This document shows, in pieces, positions 45,422-54,082 of a stretch of 60,271 nucleotides of DNA (position 1 is the stretch's first letter; each line of letters starts with the position of its first letter). The notes beneath the pieces were generated by a model. It was not told the origin of the DNA. It made no database searches and saw only the letters and a list, made by a program, of their open reading frames with translations. Both the position numbers and the translations under genes were made by a program. Source of the stretch: Deltaproteobacteria bacterium (GTDB lineage Bacteria; Desulfobacterota; GWC2-55-46; UBA9637); the NCBI GenBank assembly GCA_016195725.1, contig JACPZB010000066.1, forward strand, positions 1 through 60,271, written 5' to 3'.

Positions 45422-47470
45422 ATGGAAGATAGCCGCTCAATCGCACCTTTTGAATATATAGACCTGTCCTTCTGGAATGAATTTCAAAGCAGTTTTTCTA
45501 CACTTCTGGGCGTCCCTATAGCCATTCATAGCTACGACGGTGCAGTCCTTGCACCACCCAGCAGAGAAGATAGCGTAGCTGAGCTTATCAAAAAGCAGAG
45601 TGGAAAAGGGCTCGAACTGTATAGAGATTCATACAAAAAGGCTATTACAAAGGCCATACAGAGGGCAGAGCCGTATGTTTATAAATGCTACACGAATCAA
45701 TATATCTTTGTCATTCCCGTAATCTTGGACAGGAATGTATCTGTTGCTATCATCGGCGGTCATATATATCTGTCAGAAGATGATTTTAAGGATTTTATAG
45801 AAAGGGCCGTTGATTTTGGCCTGGATGAAGTTGCAATCCATGAACTTGAAAAAGGATTCAAGATAATCTCACCTCAAAACTTCTTTACAAAGCCTGCCAT
45901 AGTCAAGGAAACGGCCGTGCCTTTTTTAAGAAGCCTTTATCTCAAAGGGTTCTATGAAAAGAGGTATTATCAGATGCAGAGCGTTATGGAGATTACTATG
46001 CCCAGCTTCCTGCACGAGGGGCAGGAAGACCTGTACAGGTACGTCTTTAATGCAATGGCTGTGCTCTTTGATGTAGATACTACATGTGTGCTGGAAAGAT
46101 ATGACAAGCATTCTTACCGTACCACCGCCGCATTCGGACGCAAAAAGAATGCAGTGGCTGGTTGGATGGTTTCAGATTCGCTCGACATCATTAAGCGGGT
46201 TGTAGCAGCCAAAAAACCTGAGGGTTGCAATAACATTGTTGATATAAAGAAAATAGGGCTGCCAGAAGACATAGTATCGGTTTGCATTATCCCCATGGCT
46301 ATAGGGGATAATGTCTTTGGCTTACTCTGCATATTCAATACAAAAATATCTACAGGCTCCATGAGACTTTTGACCCTTTTAGCAAATCAGCTTTCCTTTG
46401 TGGTGGAAGGCAGACGGGCCGACCAGAATATAAAGAAAAAGGTTAAAGGGCTTAATGCCTTAGAAGAGGTGTATAAGACGATTGCCCCAGTATTAGACCA
46501 GGAAGAACTACATGACGCTATATTAAACAAGGCCGCAGAATTGGTTGACGCAGAACAGGGTTCTCTTATGCTCTTAGGCGGTGAAGATAGAAATTTAACT
46601 ATTAAGGCAACAAAGGGTATAGAGAGAAGCATCCTTGAAAACATAAAGATCAAGATCGGCGAAGGCATCTCAGGGACAGTGGCAGAGAAGGGGATACCGA
46701 TTGTTGTTAAGGATATCGAATCAGAATCAGAGGCCTTTACCAGGGAAAACCGACCCAGGTACAGGACAAAATCCTTTGTCAGTATTCCGTTAAAGATTGG
46801 ATCCCGCAGCGTCGGAGTCATTAACATATCCGACAAGATAAGCGGCGAGGTTTTCTCAGAAGAAGATTTGCAACTTTTGCTCTCATTTGCCTCGTACGCC
46901 TCTATAGCCCTTGAATGCGGAGCGTACTATAGAATGACAGAAGACCTTAAAAAGGTTTCCATAACTGATTCGCTCACAGAACTCTTCAACCGGAGGTATT
47001 TCCAGGAGAGGCTGCTTGAAGAAATAGGACGTTCTAAACGTCATAATGAACCATTCACACTCTTTATAATAGACATAGACGACTTCAAGGCATTTAACGA
47101 TAGATACGGCCATCTGGCGGGAGATGAAGTATTAAAGAAGGTGACTTATGCCATCAGGGATGGAATACGCTCAATTGATGTGGCAGCACGCTTCGGAGGG
47201 GAGGAATTCAGTATCATACTTCCCTACACCACTAAGGAAAATTCGTATGTCACCGCAGAAAGGATACGGAGAAGCGTTGAGGATATCAGATTTATAGGCA
47301 ATAAAATTCCCCCGAACCAGTCTCTCACAGTAAGTATTGGCATTGCTGAATTCCCGTCCGATGCAACAAGCATAGAAGAACTCATAGATAGGGCAGACAA
47401 GGCTATGTATGTGGCTAAGGCCAGAGGTAAAAATAAGATCGTTGGTTACGAACAAGAGTATTATAGCTGA
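45422..47470 (+). CDS. Diguanylate cyclase with N-terminal sensor region and GAF domains
   Basis: C-terminal GGDEF domain (RFGGEEF, DDFKAFNDRYGH) and a central GAF-like segment (SLMLL..ISGTVAEKG..SFVSIPL). The N-terminus is faintly PocR-like. Confidence 0.8.
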   Translation: MEDSRSIAPFEYIDLSFWNEFQSSFSTLLGVPIAIHSYDGAVLAPPSREDSVAELIKKQSGKGLELYRDSYKKAITKAIQRAEPYVYKCYTNQYIFVIPVILDRNVSVAIIGGHIYLSEDDFKDFIERAVDFGLDEVAIHELEKGFKIISPQNFFTKPAIVKETAVPFLRSLYLKGFYEKRYYQMQSVMEITMPSFLHEGQEDLYRYVFNAMAVLFDVDTTCVLERYDKHSYRTTAAFGRKKNAVAGWMVSDSLDIIKRVVAAKKPEGCNNIVDIKKIGLPEDIVSVCIIPMAIGDNVFGLLCIFNTKISTGSMRLLTLLANQLSFVVEGRRADQNIKKKVKGLNALEEVYKTIAPVLDQEELHDAILNKAAELVDAEQGSLMLLGGEDRNLTIKATKGIERSILENIKIKIGEGISGTVAEKGIPIVVKDIESESEAFTRENRPRYRTKSFVSIPLKIGSRSVGVINISDKISGEVFSEEDLQLLLSFASYASIALECGAYYRMTEDLKKVSITDSLTELFNRRYFQERLLEEIGRSKRHNEPFTLFIIDIDDFKAFNDRYGHLAGDEVLKKVTYAIRDGIRSIDVAARFGGEEFSIILPYTTKENSYVTAERIRRSVEDIRFIGNKIPPNQSLTVSIGIAEFPSDATSIEELIDRADKAMYVAKARGKNKIVGYEQEYYS

Positions 47471-47514
47471 AATGCAACAACGCATTGTGCAGAGTATATC
47501 TATGAAGGAGTAGT

Positions 47515-48471
47515 TTGGAGAAAAGATTCAGGATTGTTTTTATGGGTACGCCGGAGTTTGCGGTTCCGCCTCTCAAGGCATTGATTGAAGCAGGTGAAGA
47601 TATTGCAGCAGTTATAACCCGGCCTGATAAAGCAAAGGGAAGAGGTAAAAAATTGACCCCTCCGCCTGTAAAAGAGCACGCACTTCAGTATAGTATACCT
47701 GTACTTCAACCTGAAAAGATCAGAGACGAGGCATTTATCAACACTATCAAGAGGCTTTGCCCTGATCTTATAGTTGTCATTGCCTATGGAAAGATACTGC
47801 CAAAGGCTATTTTAGATATACCGCCGTATGGTTGTATCAATGTCCATGCCTCGCTCCTGCCAAAATATCGCGGCGCGGCCCCTATAAACCGGGCAATTAT
47901 AAACGGAGAAAAAGAGACCGGCATAACAACGATGCTCATGGATGAAGGCATGGATAAAGGCGACATGCTCCTAACTGGAAAAGTTGAAATAAGAGATGAT
48001 GAAACAGCAGCGGATTTACATGATAAACTTAAGCATATTGGCGCTGCCCTCCTCATACAAACAATGAAAGGTCTTAAAACAGAAACAATAAAGCCAATCC
48101 CTCAGGACAATTCACAGGCAAGCTATGCGCCGATGCTCAAAAAGGAAGATGGGCGTATAGACTGGACTATGAAGCCAGACGCGATAAGAAACCTTATACG
48201 AGGTTTGAATCCGTGGCCAGGGGCATATACCAAATGGGAGGGTAAACAGATAAAGATATTCAGGGCAGAGGTTGTAACTTCGGAGTTCGGAGTTGGGAGT
48301 CTGGAGAAAGAGCCGGGAACTGTAATAGATGTCTCTGCAGAAGGAATCTGTGTTGCAACAGGCAAAGGCAAAGTGCTGATTACAGAATTACAGCCAGAAA
48401 ATAGAAACAAGATGAGCGTATCTGAATTCATAAAGGGGTATAGGATTTGCAAAGGACAAATCTTTGATTAA
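47515..48471 (+). CDS. fmt: Methionyl-tRNA formyltransferase
   Basis: IVFMGTPEFAV, NVHASLLPKYRGAAPI and GITTMLMDEGMDKGD motifs. Confidence 0.9.
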   Translation: MEKRFRIVFMGTPEFAVPPLKALIEAGEDIAAVITRPDKAKGRGKKLTPPPVKEHALQYSIPVLQPEKIRDEAFINTIKRLCPDLIVVIAYGKILPKAILDIPPYGCINVHASLLPKYRGAAPINRAIINGEKETGITTMLMDEGMDKGDMLLTGKVEIRDDETAADLHDKLKHIGAALLIQTMKGLKTETIKPIPQDNSQASYAPMLKKEDGRIDWTMKPDAIRNLIRGLNPWPGAYTKWEGKQIKIFRAEVVTSEFGVGSLEKEPGTVIDVSAEGICVATGKGKVLITELQPENRNKMSVSEFIKGYRICKGQIFD

Positions 48472-48660
48472 CGGCTTCGCAAAAAACCGCCCCAGCCTTT
48501 GGCTGGGTGCACGCGACGTTGCGCTCTGCGCTCTCTTGTGCAGCACAGCGTATATACAACCATACGTCTCCGCTGCGTGCCGCTTTTCGGGTGCCCATTG
48601 CGAAACAATAGGTCCGGGGGCTTTTTGCTTTGTTGTCCTTTTTCATAGAGGGGTGTTAAA

Positions 48661-49473
48661 TTGACGAAGGGTAAATCATTAATTGAAAGAGAAGCAGAAT
48701 GGACAGGCAGTTCTGAGAGCATTTCCTATCAACCTACAAAAGGGATATTTATTGGGCTTCTCTCTTTCTGTGCCTTTATTATTATTGTGGCAGGATTTTT
48801 CTTCTGGTATATACCTTCGGTAGGTCTTGTGAATATCCATCCTGCACTTCCTGTAATATTTGGCGCAGCACTTGCCGCAACAAGCATTGCCATACTCATT
48901 GGCGCTGTTGGCTTAAGCTTTGCCATTGTAAAAGGTAGGGATATGTTTCTCTCGTATAAATTCAGGGGCGTACTGATAAAATTCTTTTTGCCTCTCATAA
49001 TGATGATAGGCGGTCTTTTAAGGATACAAAAGATAAAGATTGAGCAGGCATTTATAGAGATAAACAATCAGCTTGTCAAAGGGATGGGGAAGAAATTTAA
49101 ACCAGAGAGAATCCTCATACTTATGCCGCACTGCATCCAGTATATTGACTGCAAGATAAAGGTGACACAGAATGTAAGAAACTGTGTTGGGTGCGGCAAA
49201 TGCGAGATAGGGGAATTAGTCGGACTCTCCGATGAGTTCACCATAGACCTCTTTATATCTACCGGCGGAACCATAGCCAGGAGAAAGGTCTATGAAAAAA
49301 GACCCAATGTTATTGTGGCGGTTGCGTGTGAAAGAGACCTGACATCTGGTATTCAGGATGCATATCCTCTTCCAGTCCTTGCCGTTGTAAATAAAAGGCC
49401 CCAAGGCTACTGTATTGGTACCGGTGTTGATGTGGCATCTGTCAGGAATGCGATAAGAGAACTTCTGAGATAG
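48661..49473 (+). CDS. DUF116 family membrane protein
   Basis: N-terminal TM helices followed by LILMPHCIQ...C...CVGCGKCEIG and VAVACERDL, typical of DUF116. The start codon is uncertain (TTG). Confidence 0.65.
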   Translation: MTKGKSLIEREAEWTGSSESISYQPTKGIFIGLLSFCAFIIIVAGFFFWYIPSVGLVNIHPALPVIFGAALAATSIAILIGAVGLSFAIVKGRDMFLSYKFRGVLIKFFLPLIMMIGGLLRIQKIKIEQAFIEINNQLVKGMGKKFKPERILILMPHCIQYIDCKIKVTQNVRNCVGCGKCEIGELVGLSDEFTIDLFISTGGTIARRKVYEKRPNVIVAVACERDLTSGIQDAYPLPVLAVVNKRPQGYCIGTGVDVASVRNAIRELLR

Positions 49474-49602
49474 CTGGACACACAGGAGGCAAAGGTATAA
49501 TTCTATGAACCCCGTTAGACCTAAACAAATTCAACCCTTTCCTCATAGGGGAAAGAAATCTAAGATGAGGCTTAATGTGGAAATAAGAGGGGATATAACG
49601 GC

Positions 49603-49905
49603 GTGAAAGATGAATTAGTCCTGCCTCTTCTTGAAGAGGCTGCGGAAAAACTCTCGGTCAAGGTTTCTTATGAAGACCTGAGAAAGGGTGAGGTAAACAC
49701 ACCCGGCGGCTCTTGCGTGCTAAAGGGTGAAAGACGCATCATTATCCATAAGAAATTACACACCAGAGAAAAGGTTGATGTTTTAATGGAGATTTTGGCA
49801 GAAATGGATTTTGAAAACATTCATCTGCCAACAGAGATAAGGGCAAGACTGGATAAAATAAAATCCAAGCAGCAACCTCTGGAGGCTTTTCATGAACCCC
49901 GTTAG
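49603..49905 (+). CDS. Hypothetical small protein
   Basis: 100-aa ORF with a GTG start. Its stop codon lies inside a repeat copy (CATGAACCCCGTTAGACC). Confidence 0.45.
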   Translation: MKDELVLPLLEEAAEKLSVKVSYEDLRKGEVNTPGGSCVLKGERRIIIHKKLHTREKVDVLMEILAEMDFENIHLPTEIRARLDKIKSKQQPLEAFHEPR

Positions 49906-49983
49906 ACCTTTCTGTTTTCACATATATATTCTTATAATTCGGAATGATGGAAGATATTACTGTTTAAAAAAAGGTTTAGCAGC

Positions 49984-50448
49984 GTGAAGGGTATTAAAAA
50001 AATATTGGTACCCTTAGATTTTTCCGAATGTTCAAAACACGCCTTGTATTATGCGCTGGATATTGCTGCCGGCGGGGCAGAGCTTTTTATCTTGCATGTA
50101 ATAGACATAGACTTGCTTGATACTATTTCCAACCTCAACCTTTGCTCAAAGGAAAAGGCTAAAAAGCTTATGGAAAAACATGCCAGAAGTGAGTTTGGCA
50201 AATTGAGGAAAGAGTCTGCAAAAAAGATTAGCAAGACAATATCCAAAGAAATTATAGAGGACGGCATCCCATTCCTCCATATATTGCGTAAGGCAAGAGA
50301 CTTAAATGTTGATTTGATTATTATGGGCAGTTTTGGCACTTCCTCGCCAATGAAGAGGCTTTTCTTCGGGAGTACAACAGAAAAGGTCTTACGGGGCTCT
50401 CAAATCCCTGTTTTATGTATTCCTTTACCACAAGTCATTGAAGGATGA
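49984..50448 (+). CDS. Universal stress protein (UspA family)
   Basis: KKILVPLDFSE, DLIIMGSFG and a C-terminal GSTTEKVLRGSQIPVL motif. Confidence 0.85.
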   Translation: MKGIKKILVPLDFSECSKHALYYALDIAAGGAELFILHVIDIDLLDTISNLNLCSKEKAKKLMEKHARSEFGKLRKESAKKISKTISKEIIEDGIPFLHILRKARDLNVDLIIMGSFGTSSPMKRLFFGSTTEKVLRGSQIPVLCIPLPQVIEG

Positions 50449-50535
50449 ACCCTGTTAGAAGCTTACATATCAGGAAACGCTTTGCTTATACAGGGGATTT
50501 CCTTCTGATGTAAGAGGCTTCTACCGGGGTGAACG
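50444..50535. repeat. REP/MITE-like long hairpin of the ACCC(C/T)GTTAGA family
   Basis: ATGAACCCTGTTAGAAGCTTACAT ... ATGTAAGAGGCTTCTACCGGGGTGAAC form imperfect inverted arms of about 25 nt. They fill the whole usp to SAM-hydrolase intergenic space. Confidence 0.7.
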
Positions 50536-51318
50536 ATGGCAGGGATAATAACCCTCCTCACAGACTTTGGAATAGAAGATAGTTATGTCGGGGCAATGAA
50601 GGGGGTAATCCTCTCCCTTCACCCCGGTGTAACCATAGTAGATATCACTCATCAGATTCCATCTCAAGATATAACATCAGGCGCATTTGTTTTATCAGAA
50701 GCCATTCCTTTCTTCCCAAAGGGCACAATCCATATAGCAGTTGTTGATCCCGGAGTAGGAGGGAAAAGAAAACCGATACTCATTGAAACAGACAAATATT
50801 TTTTCGTTGGACCGGATAATGGTATATGCAGCATTGCCATGCAGAGAGAAAAGGTTAAGCAGAAGATTCACCTTACCAATAAAAGCTATTTCCTCGGACG
50901 CATCAGTCCTACATTCCATGGCAGAGATATATTTTCGCCTGTGGGGGCATACTTATCCCTGGGAGTTGACCCAAGTCTCTTTGGAAAAAGGATAGGAACA
51001 ATAAACGGGCTGAATTTTAAAAAACCTTTTGCAATGAATGGAAAAATAACAGGCCAGATTATCTATCTTGACAAATTTGGAAATATTATCACAAATATAG
51101 ATCAAGAATTATTGAAGCAAGTTTTTCATGCAAAGTCATTTGAGATAATGATTGGCAACAATATAATTAAAAAGCTTGTTCCTTCATATGCCTATGCAAA
51201 ACGCAACAAAGCAGTCGGCCTCATAGGCAGCAGCGGACTCTTAGAGATTGCAATAAGAGAAAAGAAAGCAAATATAGAGCTTGGAGCAAAGAGAGGAGAT
51301 ACCATAGTATTAGTTTAG
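50536..51318 (+). CDS. SAM hydrolase / SAM-dependent halogenase family protein (DUF62)
   Basis: ITLLTDFGIEDSYVGAMKGVI, VVDPGVG, VGPDNG and FHGRDIF motifs. Confidence 0.85.
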   Translation: MAGIITLLTDFGIEDSYVGAMKGVILSLHPGVTIVDITHQIPSQDITSGAFVLSEAIPFFPKGTIHIAVVDPGVGGKRKPILIETDKYFFVGPDNGICSIAMQREKVKQKIHLTNKSYFLGRISPTFHGRDIFSPVGAYLSLGVDPSLFGKRIGTINGLNFKKPFAMNGKITGQIIYLDKFGNIITNIDQELLKQVFHAKSFEIMIGNNIIKKLVPSYAYAKRNKAVGLIGSSGLLEIAIREKKANIELGAKRGDTIVLV

Positions 51319-51484
51319 CTTGAAAATGATTAAAATATCCTTGCCTCAAAAAGCGCAAATGATAATAAAATGTCATTGCAGGGAGCGATAGCGGTTGCTT
51401 CGCCCCTGATAGATTCAAATCAGGGACGAAATAAATTTAAAGATTCCTCGCTCCGCTCGGAATGACAGCTGTGGATATTTTCAG

Positions 51485-52486
51485 ATGAAAAGAATAGAAT
51501 TGGTCTGCCCAGCAGGAAACCTTCCATCATTGAAGGCCGCAATTGATAACGGCGCTGATGTGGTCTATACAGGTTTTAACGACGCCACAAACGCCCGCAA
51601 TTTTGAAGGTCTGAACTTCACCCCTGATGAATTAAGAAAGGGCATTGAATACACCCGCAAGAGAGGGAAAAAGGTCTACCTTGCCGTCAATACATTTCCG
51701 CAGATGGATACATATCACCAGTGGTATAAATCAGTAGACAATGCAGTCAAGCTCAATAGTGATGCCATAATTTTGGCTAATCTTGGAATTTTAAAATATA
51801 CAAGAGACAAATACCCTGATGTGAGTACACATCTCAGCGTTCAGGCAAGCTCATCAAACTATGAGTCTATAAATTTTTATAAAAAGCACTTTGGCATCAA
51901 AAGGGTAGTTCTGCCGAGGGTCTTAACCGTGGACGAGATGAAGGATTTAAAGAGCAAAACGGATATAGAACTGGAGGTTTTTGCACTGGGCGGACTTTGC
52001 ATCAATATAGAGGGAAGATGTTATCTTTCCAGCTTTGTCACAGGCGCATCAACAAATACAGAAGGCGCATGCTCTCCGTCAAGGTTTGTGAAGTTCATAA
52101 ATGAAGATGGAAAACTTAAGATTACTTTAAATAATGTTGTTTTAAATGAACTTGGACCAGGTGAAACATCACCATATCCCACCTGCTGTAAAGGCCGATA
52201 TATCAATGAAGATGACGAATATGTCTACGCCTTTGAAGAACCTGAATCTCTGAATGTCCTTGAGATAATTCCAAAGGTAATAGATGCAGGCATTGATGCC
52301 TTAAAGATTGAAGGCCGACAGAGGACAAAGGCATATGTGGCTACCATGACCAGTGTTTTGAGAGAGGCAGTTGATTCATACTATGCAAATCCGCATAACT
52401 TCAAGGTTAAAGAGGATTGGCTTGAAAAGACAAATTCCACATTTGAGGGAAGCAAACCAACGCTGGGGTGTTATGTGGCAAAGTGA
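51485..52486 (+). CDS. Peptidase U32 family protein (UbiU/RlhA-like)
   Basis: ELVCPAGNLPSLKAAIDNGADVVY N-terminus, a Cys cluster (C..C...C) and KIEGRQRT. Confidence 0.8.
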   Translation: MKRIELVCPAGNLPSLKAAIDNGADVVYTGFNDATNARNFEGLNFTPDELRKGIEYTRKRGKKVYLAVNTFPQMDTYHQWYKSVDNAVKLNSDAIILANLGILKYTRDKYPDVSTHLSVQASSSNYESINFYKKHFGIKRVVLPRVLTVDEMKDLKSKTDIELEVFALGGLCINIEGRCYLSSFVTGASTNTEGACSPSRFVKFINEDGKLKITLNNVVLNELGPGETSPYPTCCKGRYINEDDEYVYAFEEPESLNVLEIIPKVIDAGIDALKIEGRQRTKAYVATMTSVLREAVDSYYANPHNFKVKEDWLEKTNSTFEGSKPTLGCYVAK

Positions 52487-52622
52487 AACATTACAAAATT
52501 ATCCAGATTTGGCAAAGATACAAGAAAAGACAGGCTTTAAAATTGGTAACAATCCTGATGTATTATGCGTTCACAAACAACACAGTAGCATGAAAATAAA
52601 TGTTGGGGGATAAGGGAGAAAG

Positions 52623-53420
52623 ATGACTGAGCAACGACAGCAGTTTGTTTTCAAGAACTTCACAGTGCCATTACCCCGATGAGGGGATAATGCACGGAAT
52701 GCGACGCATCTCATTGGGAAAGAATTCGGAAGAGGCTCTTTTGGTGTGGTCGATGAATGCACAGACTCGTGGGGCAACAAGTTGGCTGCCAAGGTGTTGG
52801 TGCCAAAACAGCAACCGTACGAGGCGGTTCGGAGTAATTGGAGTCATGAATTTAAGGTATTGGTCACCTTCTACCTTATAACAGAGCGGTGTCATTCAAC
52901 ACTCAGCAATCTGTTTCAAATTCCAAACTACAACGGATTGACTTGGATTATGCCTGCAGCACGGTGCCTTCTTCAATCTGGGCACTTCCTGCACAGAGCC
53001 GATGTTGTTCACAAAGATATTTATCCCGGCAACATTTTCACGTCCATCATCAAAGATGAAATCCTTCCCGGCCAGTATAACGCTATACGATTCAAACTGG
53101 GTGACTGCGGGATATCTATGGTGGTCAACGAAATAGCTATGTTCAACACCATTGTTGCCGAGTGGATGTTGCCCCCAGAATTTTGAAGCCCGACTGAATT
53201 CGGAAACATAGATTACCGCATAGATATCTATCACTGTGGCTTACTTATCCTGCAGGTCTTGTAAGGCAGATATTTATCGCTCACGAAACAACAGGTTGTT
53301 GACGGTCTACCTCGCCAGATGGCAGAAGCGTTATCAATGCCTTTCACTTTTGCGCTTTCCAAGGCATTGCGTCGTCACGTTGCCCATAGGACTGCTTCCG
53401 CAAATCTTTGCGAAGCCCGC
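52623..53420 (+). pseudogene. Ser/Thr protein kinase-like gene with three in-frame stop codons
   Basis: A single frame reads GRGSFGVV, LAAKVL, HKDIYPGNIF, KLGDCGIS, WMLPPEF and DIYHCGLLILQVL. It is interrupted by TGA (52680), TGA (53184) and TAA (53262). Confidence 0.7.
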
Positions 53421-53975
53421 CGCATAAGCGCTAAAGAGCTTCGTCACTATTATACGCAATGGATAGAAGGGAACAAAACAGATGAATCCCTTTTGCATAA
53501 GAAACAGGACGCTCATCCAGGCTCAAGACGAACCCCTAAAGAAGCAGAACGAAATATCATAAAGGCTTATAGAAGATTCGGCTCCAACAGATATAAGCTT
53601 GTTCTTCTTTTTAAGCCTTGCTGCTTGGATAAGACGCCTTCACCTGCCGCAATGAATTTACGGGAGCTCTTGAAAAAGAGCATCCCTTCAAAACCATGCG
53701 CAGTGAATTGGGCATAAGGCACATATACACAAAGCCTTACAGGCCCCAGACCAACGGAAAGATAGAGGCCTTCTAAAAGATATTTAAAAACGAATTCTTT
53801 TATCCCAAGTCGTTAGAATCAGAGCAGGATATGATTCTAAACCTTGGGCGTTTTCTCTTTGAATATAACCGCTTGAGAAAGCGCGGCGGCTTGAACTATG
53901 AAACACCTTTTGATAAACTTCAAAAAGTTGCCGAATTGGCGAGCTATCACAAGCGTCCTTTTATCCCATATTAAT
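53421..53975 (+). mobile_element. IS481-family transposase remnant (internally deleted and frameshifted)
   Basis: It has an N-terminal HTH-like piece (ISAKELRHYYTQW...) and a C-terminal integrase-core piece (GIRHIYTKPYRPQTNGKIEAF*...FEYNRLRKRGGLNYETPFDKL), with stops and frame changes. The catalytic core N-half is absent. Confidence 0.65.
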
Positions 53976-54082
53976 CTCAGCATCAGAGAGGTGATGCTAA
54001 TCTATTTAATTTGGTTTTTTCTGATAAATTAGTTTAATCGAGTTGCTTATTTACTTCAACATTTAAAGGGAGAGGCTCGTTA

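Noticed and set aside
51340-51484. An intergenic segment with GCGATAGCGGTTGCTTCGCCCC and CTCGCTCCGCTCGGAATGACA motifs, as a possible regulatory RNA.
   Set aside because: It resembles generic REP-like debris similar to 5034-5090. There is no defined structure or conservation evidence.
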